The notes: a model not told the origin generated them from the letters alone. A stretch of 64,000 nucleotides of DNA from Acidobacteriota bacterium (GCA_965209055.1 OZ242374.1:4000001-4064000); one strand, 5' to 3'; shown: positions 19,068 to 29,717, counted from the stretch's first letter. Numbers and translations are program-made.

Positions 19068-20855
19068 ATGGATATGAGTTCGGGACAGTTCGATTTTGCC
19101 TTGGCCATCGGTGGCGCTGCCGGTCAGGGAATTGCGACGCCGGGAAACATCCTGGCTCGAATCTTCGTGCGGCGCGGCGTTCACCTGCACGCATACAATG
19201 CCTACCAGTCCATCATTCGCGGTGGGCACATTTTTCTTACGATTCGGCTCAAGGACGGCTATCCATCGACTCACGGCGACAAGCTGGATCTCCTGGTCTG
19301 CCTGAATCAGGACACCATGAACCGGCATCTTGGTTTGCTGGGCCCGGGTGCTTGCGCCATCTACAACAGCGACGCCATCACGCCCGGGGACGCCGCCGAT
19401 GGAGTCCAGTTGTGCCCCATGCCGGTCGTGGACCTGACCAGCGGCAATCGGAACCGGCTGGTCCAGAACACCGTCGCCCTGGGTGTGATGGTGTCCCTGC
19501 TGCGATTGGACTTCGATGTGCTGGCTGGCGCGTTGAAGCTCCAGTTCGGGCGTAAGGGGCAGGCCGTGGTGGACGAAAATGTCACGGTAGCGGAAGCCGG
19601 ATACAAGTTCGCCGAAATCAACTTCGATCCTTTTCCCGTCCAAGTCCCGGTGGGACCGAAACCGCTTGCGGTCTGGACCGGCAACGATGCCCTGGCCATG
19701 GGCGGAGCCGCCGGCGGCTGCAAGTTCTATTGCGCTTATCCCATGAGCCCGTCGACCGGCGTGCTCCACTGGATGGCCAGGAATGCCCCGGAATTGGGGA
19801 TCATGGTGCGTCAGGTCGAGGATGAGATCGGAGTCGCCAACATGGCGATCGGTGCGGCGCATGCCGGAGCCCGGAGCATGTGCGCCACCTCGGGTGGCGG
19901 ATTCGCGCTCATGACCGAAGCCATCGGCGCAGCCGCCATGATGGAGATCCCGGTGGTCTTCATCGACGTGCAGCGGGCGGGTCCGTCCACCGGAGTCCCC
20001 ACGAAGACGGAACAGGGGGACTTGTGGCAGATGCTGGGGGCGAGCCAGGGAGACTTCCAGCGTTTCATCGTTGCCCCTAAGAACGCGCTTGACGCCTTCA
20101 ACACGGTTCCCGAGGTCTTCAATTTGACCGATCGATATCAGTGCCCGGGCATCGTGCTTTCCGATCTGTTGATTTCGGAGGGGACCTTCAGCGTCGATCC
20201 GGACGACATCGATTTTCAACCTGTGATCGACCGGGGCCAATTGATTACCGAGCACTCCGCGACCGACGGCTACAAACGCTACCTGGACACCGACAGTGGG
20301 GTGTCTCCGCGGGCCATCCCCGGGCTGGAGGGATACGTCCATGTCGTGGCCACCGACGAGCATGACGAGGACGGAGTGCTGATCAGCGACGAGTTCACGA
20401 ATCCCCACAAACGCCGTCAGATGGTGGAGAAACGAGCCCGAAAGTTCGACAGGGTGCTGGAGGACATCGAGGCGCCCCGGTTGGAAGGCGCGGCGGAAGC
20501 TGAGGCCACGCTGGTCGGTTGGGGATCCACCTATGGCGTGATCCAGGAGGCCATCGAACAGCTCGAGGAGCAGGGGGTTCAGATCAACCATCTGCCCATC
20601 AAGTGGATCGTCCCGTTGCACGGCGACGCCATCCTGGAGGCTCTGGCAGGGGCCAAAAGGACCATCATTGTCGAGAACAACCACTCGGGACAGTTTGCCC
20701 GGTACCTCCGAGGCGAGACCGGTTTCGTGGCGGATGGCCACATCCGAAAGTATGACGGCGAACCCTTCATGCCCCACCACATCGTGGAAGCGGTGCTGGA
20801 GCAGTTGAGGGGCAAAACGAACCACTCCGTTCCTTACCAGGAGATCATGGTATAG
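19068..20855 (+). CDS. korA: 2-oxoacid:ferredoxin oxidoreductase alpha subunit
   Basis: GGAAGQG, YPMSPST, EDEIG, ATSGGGFALM and RAGPSTGVPT motifs. Confidence 0.9.
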   Translation: MDMSSGQFDFALAIGGAAGQGIATPGNILARIFVRRGVHLHAYNAYQSIIRGGHIFLTIRLKDGYPSTHGDKLDLLVCLNQDTMNRHLGLLGPGACAIYNSDAITPGDAADGVQLCPMPVVDLTSGNRNRLVQNTVALGVMVSLLRLDFDVLAGALKLQFGRKGQAVVDENVTVAEAGYKFAEINFDPFPVQVPVGPKPLAVWTGNDALAMGGAAGGCKFYCAYPMSPSTGVLHWMARNAPELGIMVRQVEDEIGVANMAIGAAHAGARSMCATSGGGFALMTEAIGAAAMMEIPVVFIDVQRAGPSTGVPTKTEQGDLWQMLGASQGDFQRFIVAPKNALDAFNTVPEVFNLTDRYQCPGIVLSDLLISEGTFSVDPDDIDFQPVIDRGQLITEHSATDGYKRYLDTDSGVSPRAIPGLEGYVHVVATDEHDEDGVLISDEFTNPHKRRQMVEKRARKFDRVLEDIEAPRLEGAAEAEATLVGWGSTYGVIQEAIEQLEEQGVQINHLPIKWIVPLHGDAILEALAGAKRTIIVENNHSGQFARYLRGETGFVADGHIRKYDGEPFMPHHIVEAVLEQLRGKTNHSVPYQEIMV

Positions 20856-20910
20856 GAGAAGCAAAACAGGTCGGTTCCGGTCAGCGGCCGACACAGGAAA
20901 GGGAAGTATC

Positions 20911-21813
20911 ATGAGTATGGCTGTCACTCAACAAGCATCGGTCAAGCCCTTGAAGGCAAAGGATTTCAAGGGAAAGGTCGAACCGGACTGGTGCGCCGGA
21001 TGCGGAGATTTCGGCGTCCTGCGGACGCTGCAAAGGGCCTGCGCCGAGTTGGGTCTCCAACCTCATGAGATCCTCACGGTCAGCGGGATCGGATGTTCTT
21101 CGAATCTGCCGGGGTACTTCAACGGCTACGGAATGCACACCCTGCACGGCCGGGCGCTGGCGGTGGCCACGGGCGCGCAAATGGCCAATCACGAGTTGAC
21201 GGTCGTGGCGACCGGCGGAGACGGAGACGGCTACGGAATCGGCGGCAACCACTTCACCCATACGGCCCGCCGCAACGTGGACATGACCTACCTGGTCATG
21301 AACAATCAGATTTATGGTCTGACCACCGGGCAGGTTTCTCCGACCAGCGAAGAGGGAATGAAGACCAAGAGCACTCCCTACGGCAGTGTCGAGATGCCGG
21401 TGAACCCCATTACTTCAGCCATCATGAACGGCGCCACCTATGTGGCTCGCGGGTTCAGCGGACAGGCGCTTCACCTGGTGAATCTTATCAAGCAAGCCAT
21501 CCTGCACAAAGGGTTTGCCTTGGTGGACGTCTTCAGTCCCTGCGTCACCTTCAACCACGACAACGACTACAAGTTCTTCAAGCCCCGGGTCAGGAAGCTG
21601 GAGGACATCGAGCACGACACCACCGACTGGAAGGCCGCCTGCGAGAAGGCGATGGTCTGGGGTGACGACATCTACATCGGCTGCTTCTTCCAGAAGTTGG
21701 CCCCTTCCCTCCACAACCTGGAAGGGGTTCTGGACGAAGGCGGACCCCTGGCGCACCGGGAACTGGGCGTCACCAACGAGCAGGCGCAACGCATCATCAA
21801 GCGGATGATGTAG
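20911..21813 (+). CDS. korB: 2-oxoacid:ferredoxin oxidoreductase beta subunit
   Basis: WCAGCGD, SGIGCS, GDGD...NN TPP-binding motif, SPCVTFN. Confidence 0.92.
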   Translation: MSMAVTQQASVKPLKAKDFKGKVEPDWCAGCGDFGVLRTLQRACAELGLQPHEILTVSGIGCSSNLPGYFNGYGMHTLHGRALAVATGAQMANHELTVVATGGDGDGYGIGGNHFTHTARRNVDMTYLVMNNQIYGLTTGQVSPTSEEGMKTKSTPYGSVEMPVNPITSAIMNGATYVARGFSGQALHLVNLIKQAILHKGFALVDVFSPCVTFNHDNDYKFFKPRVRKLEDIEHDTTDWKAACEKAMVWGDDIYIGCFFQKLAPSLHNLEGVLDEGGPLAHRELGVTNEQAQRIIKRMM

Positions 21814-22186
21814 TCTTGACCGACCGTGTCGTCACGGCGCCGCGGAATCGCTGTAAGGCTCGACCGGAAACCGGAGTCGCGACTATCCGGGGGCGTTTGC
21901 ATCTTAACTACTTGCCGTCGGGTGGGACCTTAAGAGGCTGGGGACGCTTCGATCGGATGTTGATGGAACGGTATTCCCGGGGCATCGGACGCCGGGAATA
22001 CCGGTTCCAACTACCGTAACCGGGGAGACCGTGAAACGGTTTTCCCCGCAGCGGGCCGCCGGAGGCTTCAGCCATGAAGCGGGCGATTCTGGCCGACCCA
22101 TCTCTCTATCCTCAAGCCCGAACCTGGGACCGAAACTCCAAAAATCCGGCGCTCTCCATTATCATTCAGGCATTCGACGTCCCTCA

Positions 22187-23596
22187 ATGCCTTCCGGACT
22201 GAGGGTAGGAATCGTCGGCGGAGGACTCTCCGGACTGGCGGCGGCCTACTACCTGAGCCGAGCAAGCTCCGCTGAAGGACTGGACCTGGAGATTACGCTC
22301 CTGGAGAAGGCGCCTCGCCTGGGTGGAGTCGTCCGCTCGAGACGCGTTGGCGACTTCCTCCTGGAAGACGGCCCCGAAGCCTTTGTTTCCTACAAGCCGG
22401 CGGCTCAGGACCTGGCCCATGAACTGGGCCTCGGCGCCGACCTTCTGGGGTCCAGGGATGACCGGCGCAAGGTCTACGTCCTGGGGCCGGAAGGTCTGAA
22501 CCCGCTTCCGGAAGGCATGGTCTTTCTCGCCCCGGTTCGGAGGCGAGCCTTCTGGTCCTCGGCCACATTGAGTCCGGCGGGCAAGCTGCGAGCCCTTCTG
22601 GAACCGTGGATCCCACGTTCCCGGATGGACACCAGTGTCCAGAAATTCTTCCATCGGCGCCTGGGCCGGGAGTTCACCCGCCGGGTCGCGGAACCTCTGG
22701 TTTCAGCCATCTACGGAGGCAACATCCGTCATTTGAGCATGGAAAGCGCTCTGCCTCTCCTCTACCGGTTGGAGCAGACCCAGGGAAGCCTCCGGAAAGG
22801 ATTCCTTCGCCGGCCCCTCGAGAGTTCATCCCAGCCGCTCCCCCTCTTCCTGACCCTGCGCAACGGGATGCAGCAGTTGACGGATGCCCTCGGAAAGCGC
22901 CTCCCAGGAGTCCGGATCCGCACCGGAGTCGCCGGGTTGCGCCTGACCGCCGTTGCCAGGAGCAGGTATCGACTGCAAGGAGACGGGTTCGACGGGGTCC
23001 AGGACGGGGTCATCCTGTCGACTCCGGCGCCGGCGGCCTCAAGGCTCCTCGCCGGTTTGACCGCGGAAGACAGCTCTCCCCTGAGCCGGGTTCCCTATAC
23101 GTCGACCCGGATCGTCTATCTGGCCTACAGGCGATCCGAGTTCTCGCATCCCCTGAACGGATTCGGCTTCGTCGCGTCCGAGGGGGCGGACACGGTGCTG
23201 GATGCCTGCACCTGGGTCAGCAGCAAGTTCGATGAGCGGTGTCCCCCGGACTCGGTTCTGCTTCGATGTGCCGTCCACGACGGGCGCCGGCGCCGGACGG
23301 GGATGAGCGAGGATGAGAGTGTGGCCCGGACGCACCAGGAACTCCGGCGGATTCTGAAGATCTCCTGTTCCCCCACCCTGAGCTACGTCTGGGACCATGG
23401 CCCGGTCATGCCCCAACCCGTCGTCGGACACGCCAGGAGGATGGAAGCAATCCGCGCTACCCTGAACAAATTCCCGGGGATCTACCTGACCGGCGCCTTC
23501 ATCGGTGGAGTCGGAATCCCCGACTGCATCGAGACTTCCCGGAAGGTCGCGGAAGAGGTTGCCGTACGCGCTCGCCAGCGCATGCACGGTGACTAG
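22187..23596 (+). CDS. hemY: HemY-type protoporphyrinogen/coproporphyrinogen oxidase
   Basis: IVGGGLSGLAAA FAD motif, RLGG, EDGPEAF and GVGIPDCI; probable start ATG 22187. Confidence 0.85.
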   Translation: MPSGLRVGIVGGGLSGLAAAYYLSRASSAEGLDLEITLLEKAPRLGGVVRSRRVGDFLLEDGPEAFVSYKPAAQDLAHELGLGADLLGSRDDRRKVYVLGPEGLNPLPEGMVFLAPVRRRAFWSSATLSPAGKLRALLEPWIPRSRMDTSVQKFFHRRLGREFTRRVAEPLVSAIYGGNIRHLSMESALPLLYRLEQTQGSLRKGFLRRPLESSSQPLPLFLTLRNGMQQLTDALGKRLPGVRIRTGVAGLRLTAVARSRYRLQGDGFDGVQDGVILSTPAPAASRLLAGLTAEDSSPLSRVPYTSTRIVYLAYRRSEFSHPLNGFGFVASEGADTVLDACTWVSSKFDERCPPDSVLLRCAVHDGRRRRTGMSEDESVARTHQELRRILKISCSPTLSYVWDHGPVMPQPVVGHARRMEAIRATLNKFPGIYLTGAFIGGVGIPDCIETSRKVAEEVAVRARQRMHGD

Positions 23597-24495
23597 TCCA
23601 CGTCACGGGCGCAGCGGAAACCCAGATTTGTCAGGCCCGAATCGGGGGCGGTCTTCTGACGCGCGGCCACGCGGTAGCCTTGGCAGTAGTTGACGCTGCA
23701 CATCCAGGAGCCTCCCCGGATCACCCGCTCGGAACCCTTCGCGGGACCCGCCGGATTTCGGGCGCCGCCGGAATGGCGGTAGTAGTCGTTCCGGTACCAG
23801 TCCCGGGTCCATTCCCACACGTTGCCGCCCATGTCGTAGAGCCCGTAGCCATTGGCGGGGAAGGAGCCGACGGGCGCCGTGGTGCGGAACCCGTCCAGCA
23901 CCTGGTGCCGGACGGGAAACACGCCCTGCCACAGGTTGGCCATGTGCCGGTCGTCAGGATTCAGGTCGGCGCCCCAGGGAAAGGGACCCTGATCCAGACC
24001 CCCGCGGGCTGCCCATTCCCATTCCGCTTCGGTGGGCAGCCGCTTTCCAACCCACTGGGCGTAGGCAACGGCGTCGTTCCATGAGACGTGGACCACCGGG
24101 TGGTCCAGCCGATCTTCGATAGAGGAATCGGGACCCGTGGGATGTCTCCAGGAGGCCCCCGTCACCGGGTTCCAGGCTTCCTCTTCTTCGGAAAACACGC
24201 CCGACCAACCAAAGGTCTCCGCCTCGGTTCTGTGGTCGGTCTCGGTGACGAAGTCGCGAAACTGGCGATTGGTGACCTCGTAGCGATCCAACCAGAAGGA
24301 GCTGACGCTGACCCGGTGCGGAGGGCCCTCGAAGGGAAATCCCTGATCCGTCCCCATGAGAAAGGTGCCTTGGGGAATTTGCACCATCTCTTCAGGCGGT
24401 GGTTGGGGCACGGTCCGGCAGGAGGAGAAAGCCATGCAGACGAGTGACCCCAAGACGACGAACTGATCGACCGGACGGTTGAAGGCTTTCGTCAC
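23593..24495 (-). CDS. Formylglycine-generating enzyme (SUMF1/FGE-sulfatase) family lipoprotein
   Basis: RLPTEAEWEWAARGG, NGYGLYDMGGNVWEW, RGGSWMCSVNYC and NLGFRC motifs. Confidence 0.9.
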   Translation of the reverse strand: MTKAFNRPVDQFVVLGSLVCMAFSSCRTVPQPPPEEMVQIPQGTFLMGTDQGFPFEGPPHRVSVSSFWLDRYEVTNRQFRDFVTETDHRTEAETFGWSGVFSEEEEAWNPVTGASWRHPTGPDSSIEDRLDHPVVHVSWNDAVAYAQWVGKRLPTEAEWEWAARGGLDQGPFPWGADLNPDDRHMANLWQGVFPVRHQVLDGFRTTAPVGSFPANGYGLYDMGGNVWEWTRDWYRNDYYRHSGGARNPAGPAKGSERVIRGGSWMCSVNYCQGYRVAARQKTAPDSGLTNLGFRCARDVD

Positions 24496-24501
24496 GAGTG
24501 G

Positions 24502-26298
24502 TTATGCCGGGGCTCCGGTGGTCCTTCGCCGGGTAAACAGACCCAGCAGACCTGCGGAGAAGAGGGTCACCAGACAGGAACTGGGAAGCACCCACATCCA
24601 CGACACGGCCTTGACCTTGACCAAAAGGCGATTCCCCGCAATCTCGATGGAATCGTCGGGCCGGATCTGGGATTGGGAAACGAGCTCATCATTGATCCGG
24701 GTCCCGGCCAGGCTCTCCAACTGCCAGCCGTCCTCGGTTCGCCGGACGACGGCATGTCGTTCGGCCACCCCTACGCCGGTCAGGACGAACTCATTCTCGC
24801 CCGAATCCGATCCGATGGCGTTGTCCCGGTCCCTGGATGGTTCCCAGCGCATGGTCTCCGCCTGACCGGGCGCGTCCACGTAGATGAAGATGTCCGGGTG
24901 GGTTTGTATCCAGGTGGCGAGGGAGAGGTAAAAGCCGACGGCCATGCCCAGAAACCCCGACGCGATCATCATGGGGCCGGTGCAGCGGAAGCGCAGGAAG
25001 GCAGCGAAGAACATGCCTCCCAGAGCACCGGTGATGTAGCTGCTGATTCGAACGGTGAGATCGAAGAGATTGCCCCGGGTCTCTTCGGGAATCGTGTTGA
25101 GATAGAGGCAGAAGCCGACCGCGAACAGGCCGGCCAGAATAGTGATCGTCCGGGCCAGCTTCAGCTCGGCGGCCGCGTCGAGGGCCTTCTTGCGAAGACG
25201 GCGGAAGAAGTCGACCGTCAACACCGTGGCTACCCCGTGCATCCCCGAGTCCAGGCTCGACATGGCGGCCGAGAACAGCGCCGCCACCACCAGGCCGGCC
25301 AGTCCCCGAGGCATGCCGTGGGCGATGAAATGGGGAAAGGCCTGGTCGGGCGTGCCGGGAAGTTGTCCCAGGTAGAAGGAGTAGAGGGCCATGCCGGTGA
25401 GCCCCAGGGAGAGGGCAATGGTCATGTCGGCGCCGAGATTGGACGCGAAGGAGCGCCGGGCGCCCTGGACCGAGCCGGTAGTGAGGTACCGTTGGATGGC
25501 TACCTGATCCGAGCCGGCGGTGCAGGTCCACCAGAACATGGCGTAGATGGCCATGCCCAGGAGGCTGACCCGGACATAGGGGTCGAAGGCAAAGAAGGGT
25601 TGCGGCTCCCGTTCCGCCTGCATCACGTCGTTGAACCAGGTGGCGGGGCCGGTCCCGGTCTCGAAGAAGACGAATCCCACGGTAAACGCCAGGCCGGCGA
25701 AGAGGATGGCGAACTGGGCAACGTCGGTCCAGATCACCGCCCGCATTCCGCCCATGGTGGTATAGACGATGGCGATGGAGCCGATTCCCACCACCACCCA
25801 GATAAAGGGCAGGCCGGTCATCCGGACCATGGCGAAGGATGCGGTGTAGACGATCATCCCCATCCAGAACAGCCGATTGAGCATGAACAGGATCGACGCG
25901 AAGAGCCGGGCGCCGAGACCGTATTGCGTCTCCAGGTATTCATAGGCGCTGGTGAAACGCTTGCGCATGAAGAACGGGATCAGGACCAGAGTGACCAACG
26001 CCAGGGTGAAGGGAATGTGCATCTGTCCCCCCCAGATGCCCAGACCGTTCTTGATGATTTCGCCGGGACTGGAGAGGTAGCTGACCGTGGACAGGAGGGT
26101 GGCGAACATGCTCACGCCCACCACGAACCAAGGCATGCTCCGGCCCGCCATGAAGTACTCTTCCGTCGATTTCTGCCTCTTGCTGAAGTAGTAACCGGCG
26201 ATCAGCATCACGATGAAATAGAGGACGACGGCCCCGTAGTCGATGGATTGGAGGCCATCGAACAGGTCTGGTCTGCCCTGGTCGAGGGCTAGCAACAT
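24502..26298 (-). CDS. Sodium:solute symporter (SSS) with FHA-like insertion before the last TM helix
   Basis: EYFMAGRSMPW, AYEYLE, GGMRAVIWTD, DQVAIQRY and AAMSSLDS motifs. Confidence 0.9.
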   Translation of the reverse strand: MLLALDQGRPDLFDGLQSIDYGAVVLYFIVMLIAGYYFSKRQKSTEEYFMAGRSMPWFVVGVSMFATLLSTVSYLSSPGEIIKNGLGIWGGQMHIPFTLALVTLVLIPFFMRKRFTSAYEYLETQYGLGARLFASILFMLNRLFWMGMIVYTASFAMVRMTGLPFIWVVVGIGSIAIVYTTMGGMRAVIWTDVAQFAILFAGLAFTVGFVFFETGTGPATWFNDVMQAEREPQPFFAFDPYVRVSLLGMAIYAMFWWTCTAGSDQVAIQRYLTTGSVQGARRSFASNLGADMTIALSLGLTGMALYSFYLGQLPGTPDQAFPHFIAHGMPRGLAGLVVAALFSAAMSSLDSGMHGVATVLTVDFFRRLRKKALDAAAELKLARTITILAGLFAVGFCLYLNTIPEETRGNLFDLTVRISSYITGALGGMFFAAFLRFRCTGPMMIASGFLGMAVGFYLSLATWIQTHPDIFIYVDAPGQAETMRWEPSRDRDNAIGSDSGENEFVLTGVGVAERHAVVRRTEDGWQLESLAGTRINDELVSQSQIRPDDSIEIAGNRLLVKVKAVSWMWVLPSSCLVTLFSAGLLGLFTRRRTTGAPA

Positions 26299-26400
26299 GT
26301 GTTCACTCCTGTTCTCGCAGTGATGGAAGGTCGATTCGATGCCGGCCGGGTCCGCGCGGGGCCAAGAACTTCCCTTCGCGTTCCCAAATGCCCGGCGGGG

Positions 26401-27480
26401 CTATTTCGCTGCCCTGTAGATCGGCTCACCGAGCCCGTGGTCGTAATCCTGGTAGTGGGCGGCCAGGACATCGTGTCCGAAGTCCCCGTTCCAGTCTCGC
26501 CAGACCGTGTGGCTGTGGTTGGCCCGGTTCTGGGTGTTGGCGTATTCGATGAGAAAATCGGGCGTCTGGACCCGGTAGTAGACCCCTTCTCCGGGCTGGG
26601 TCCCTCCGGCCCAGGCGAAGTGGACTTTCGCCCTGGGCGTCCCGTCGAAGCGAGCCATTCTCCCCTTGGTAATGGCGGTGGATCCGTTGGCGGCGTACTC
26701 GTGCACCAGGCTCCTCAGCGCCTGGTACTGCTCATCGGTGAGCTCCGCGGCCGCCAGCCCGGGAGGCTCGTTGACCAACCGCGCCCGCTTATCGACGAAG
26801 CTCAGGATGTCCCTGTAGGCGACGTGTTGCACGACCGCCAGGTCGCGTTGTCCGGACTCCAGGCTCTGCAGCAACTGCTTGGCCTTGTCCTCTTCCGCGC
26901 CCAGCACCCTCAGGCCCTTGTCGGCTCCCCCGCGGACTTCGTGGGGATTGGCGCCGAGGAAGGCCGGAGTGGCGGAGACCAGCTTGCCGTCCCGGATGGT
27001 GAAGTTCAGGGAAAGATGGTGCCCTTCCAACCGCCAGCCCCAGGTCCCGGAAGCCGACGGCTTGCCGAAAACGGTGTAGTAGTAAGCTTCCCGGTCACGG
27101 TTTCCTGAAGTGTCGTTCTCCAGGATCCGGAGGATTTCCTCCAGTTGGATCACCCCCTGAACCTTGGAGAAGCCCTGCTCGCTCATCCCGGCCCGAAGCA
27201 GGTTGTGGGCCAGCTTCTCCTGCTTTTCGTCCATGTACTTGTAGCCGATGCCGGGCCGGGCGTAGCCGTAGGACCGCTGGTAGCCGCTGTCGGGAAAGTA
27301 GTGCCACTCCACCCGTTTCGCGCCGTCGAAGGAATACTGGGTCACGGCCTTCTGCATGGCGGAGAGGGAATCCAGGAAACGACTGGCTTCTCTGATCATG
27401 GCTTCACCATCCCCAGACGCACCGGAGGACGCAACCAGGGAGGCGGCGCCCAGCAACAGGACCAAGAGTCGAAGTCTCAT
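26401..27480 (-). CDS. DUF3500 domain protein, secreted
   Basis: WGWRLEGHHLSLN, YYRVQ and NHSHTVWRD motifs; signal peptide from ATG 27480. Confidence 0.88.
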   Translation of the reverse strand: MRLRLLVLLLGAASLVASSGASGDGEAMIREASRFLDSLSAMQKAVTQYSFDGAKRVEWHYFPDSGYQRSYGYARPGIGYKYMDEKQEKLAHNLLRAGMSEQGFSKVQGVIQLEEILRILENDTSGNRDREAYYYTVFGKPSASGTWGWRLEGHHLSLNFTIRDGKLVSATPAFLGANPHEVRGGADKGLRVLGAEEDKAKQLLQSLESGQRDLAVVQHVAYRDILSFVDKRARLVNEPPGLAAAELTDEQYQALRSLVHEYAANGSTAITKGRMARFDGTPRAKVHFAWAGGTQPGEGVYYRVQTPDFLIEYANTQNRANHSHTVWRDWNGDFGHDVLAAHYQDYDHGLGEPIYRAAK

Positions 27481-27656
27481 CAGATCGCTCCATATGGTTC
27501 GAAGTGGTTCGCCGCCCCAGGGCCCCGGGTCGGGGGCGACCGGCGGTCGATTATATCCGGCGGATGAGGTTCCCGCCACCGGAGGACGGCCGGCGGCCGG
27601 CTTCCTTCCGGTTCGGTCTGGCCAGGTGACGCAATGCCGAAGGAACAGGGGACGAC

Positions 27657-28742
27657 TCAGGACTCAACGAATTGCGGAGGATCGATCCCGAACTTCCGGC
27701 TGGTCTCCTCGATCCAGGGGAGCACCGCGGGAGACACGGGTATGCCGTGGCGGACCCGGTGTTCGTAGGTCCGGTGCTCCAGCTCCCCGGGGATCAGGAC
27801 CTGGTCTTGACCGGCTACGGTAGGGGTCCGGTGCAGGGTATCGATCAAGTCATCCATCATGGCCTTGAACTGAGCCGCCGGCTGGAACGCGGAAACGTCG
27901 ATGGCCGCCACCCAGTGGTAATTCTCTCCGGCCACGATGCGGGGGCCGATGTTGCCGCCGGCCAGCACGCCGCAGAGAATCTCCACGATCAGTCCCAGCC
28001 CGTAGCCTTTGTGGCCGCCGTGGAGGAGACCTGCCCCGCCCAGTGGCAGGTGCGATCCGGACTGGAGACCGACGGTGGCATCCGTCAAGGGATCTCCTTG
28101 CTCGTCCACCATCCAACCTTCGGGCATCTTCTTCCTGGCCAGGTGGGAGAGATAGACCTTGCCTCCGGAGACCACGGTGGTGGCCATGTCCAGCTCGAAA
28201 GGGGGATGTTTCCCGGCAGGCGCCGCCATGCTCATGGGATTGGTGCCCAGACGCGCCTTGCGGCCGAAGGTGGGGACGGCGGCCGGCATGGTGCTGGTCA
28301 TGGTGAGGCCGATCATGTCCTGGGCCACGGCCATGAGGGGATAGTAGGCGCACATTCCCAGGTGCGTGCTCCGGGTCACCGAGACCATGCCGATGCCGTG
28401 GGTGCGAGCCCGTCCGATGGCCAGCTCCATGGCTTCCCAGGCCGCCACCTGGCCGAAGCCCCAGTCGCCGTCCAGCAGCAGAGCGGCGCCCTGGTCCCGG
28501 AGGATCTTCAGGTTCGGCTTCAGGTTGATCTCCTGCAGGTTGGGCTTGACCTGGTCGATGCGGTCCAGGTAGGGCTGGACACAGACGAAGACCCCGTGCG
28601 TGTCGACCCCTCTCAGGTCGGCCTTGATCATGACCTCGGTGACCCGCTCCGCATCCCGGGGCGGAGTCCCCTTGGCCAGGAGTATCTGCTCGGTCCAGCG
28701 GCGGAGGGGTCCGGCGTGGACGTAGGTTTCAGATGGGGTCAT
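27657..28742 (-). CDS. Ldh2-family (malate/lactate/ureidoglycolate) oxidoreductase
   Basis: DLRGVDTHG, STHLG, LGTNP, LDMATT and GHKGYGL motifs. Confidence 0.9.
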   Translation of the reverse strand: MTPSETYVHAGPLRRWTEQILLAKGTPPRDAERVTEVMIKADLRGVDTHGVFVCVQPYLDRIDQVKPNLQEINLKPNLKILRDQGAALLLDGDWGFGQVAAWEAMELAIGRARTHGIGMVSVTRSTHLGMCAYYPLMAVAQDMIGLTMTSTMPAAVPTFGRKARLGTNPMSMAAPAGKHPPFELDMATTVVSGGKVYLSHLARKKMPEGWMVDEQGDPLTDATVGLQSGSHLPLGGAGLLHGGHKGYGLGLIVEILCGVLAGGNIGPRIVAGENYHWVAAIDVSAFQPAAQFKAMMDDLIDTLHRTPTVAGQDQVLIPGELEHRTYEHRVRHGIPVSPAVLPWIEETSRKFGIDPPQFVES

Positions 28743-28791
28743 GGTCCTGCCTTTTGCTTCTTCGACACTGTCGGCATCTTGGTCCCCCGGA

Positions 28792-29703
28792 CTATGCGTT
28801 GGGCCACTGTCTCATGTCCAGAAGCCGCCGAGGAACCTCGATGACGGCTCGGTCGATCTCCTCCATGGTCTCCCTGCTCAACTCCCCTTGACCGATCCAA
28901 GCCAAGTTGTCCTCCAATTGTGCAAGGGTCTCAAGACCGGCCAGCACGCCGAGGACGCCGGGAAGGGATGCGACATAGCGAAGCGCCAGGGAGGCCAGGC
29001 CCTGGTCTCCCGCGATGCGGGCCAGCCGGCGGCGGACGGGATGCAGATCCTGAAGAAAGTCGGGCAGGTCGTCATCGGACAGTCCCAGAACGCCCTGCAG
29101 ATAGACGCTGCGGACAAACACCGAGATGCCCTGCCGCTCCGCCCGGACCGGGATCTCGCATTTCAGGAAACGCCGGTCCAGGACATTCAGGGGAACCTGG
29201 ATCGCTTCGATTCCCTCCAGGGACAGGGCCTCCAGCGCCTGTTCCGGTTCGTAGACCGAAACTCCCACGTGTTCGACGTAACCCTTCTCCTTCAGGGCCA
29301 GTGCGGCGTCCAGATAGGGCAGATCGTCGTAGCGGTGAAAAAGGCAGAGGGGCAACCGGTCCAGTCCCAGGTTTCGAAGCGCCCGGACGATCCCCCTTTC
29401 CAGAAACCGGTCGGGATGCTCGTCCCCGGATTGATGGACCCAGGGGAACTTGGTGATCACGAAGGCCCGGTCCCGCAATCCCAGGTCCTTCAGGGCCCGG
29501 CCCAGGACCATCTCCGACTCACCGTAGAGGGCCGCCGTGTCCAGGGCGTTCACGCCCCCCTCGAAGGCCCGTTCCAGGATCTTCAAGACAGCGCGGTAGG
29601 ACGGCTGACCCACCTGGTTGGCGATGCCGTAGTCGTAGCCGAACTGGGCGGTTCCCAGCACCAGTTGTGAAATCGTGTGTCCGTGAAACTTTACTGTCTT
29701 CAT
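28792..29703 (-). CDS. Aldo/keto reductase
   Basis: LGTAQFG, DTAALYGESE, GVSVY and RSVYLQG motifs; start MKTVKF at 29703. Confidence 0.88.
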   Translation of the reverse strand: MKTVKFHGHTISQLVLGTAQFGYDYGIANQVGQPSYRAVLKILERAFEGGVNALDTAALYGESEMVLGRALKDLGLRDRAFVITKFPWVHQSGDEHPDRFLERGIVRALRNLGLDRLPLCLFHRYDDLPYLDAALALKEKGYVEHVGVSVYEPEQALEALSLEGIEAIQVPLNVLDRRFLKCEIPVRAERQGISVFVRSVYLQGVLGLSDDDLPDFLQDLHPVRRRLARIAGDQGLASLALRYVASLPGVLGVLAGLETLAQLEDNLAWIGQGELSRETMEEIDRAVIEVPRRLLDMRQWPNA

Positions 29704-29717
29704 GGCGCCGCGTGCAG

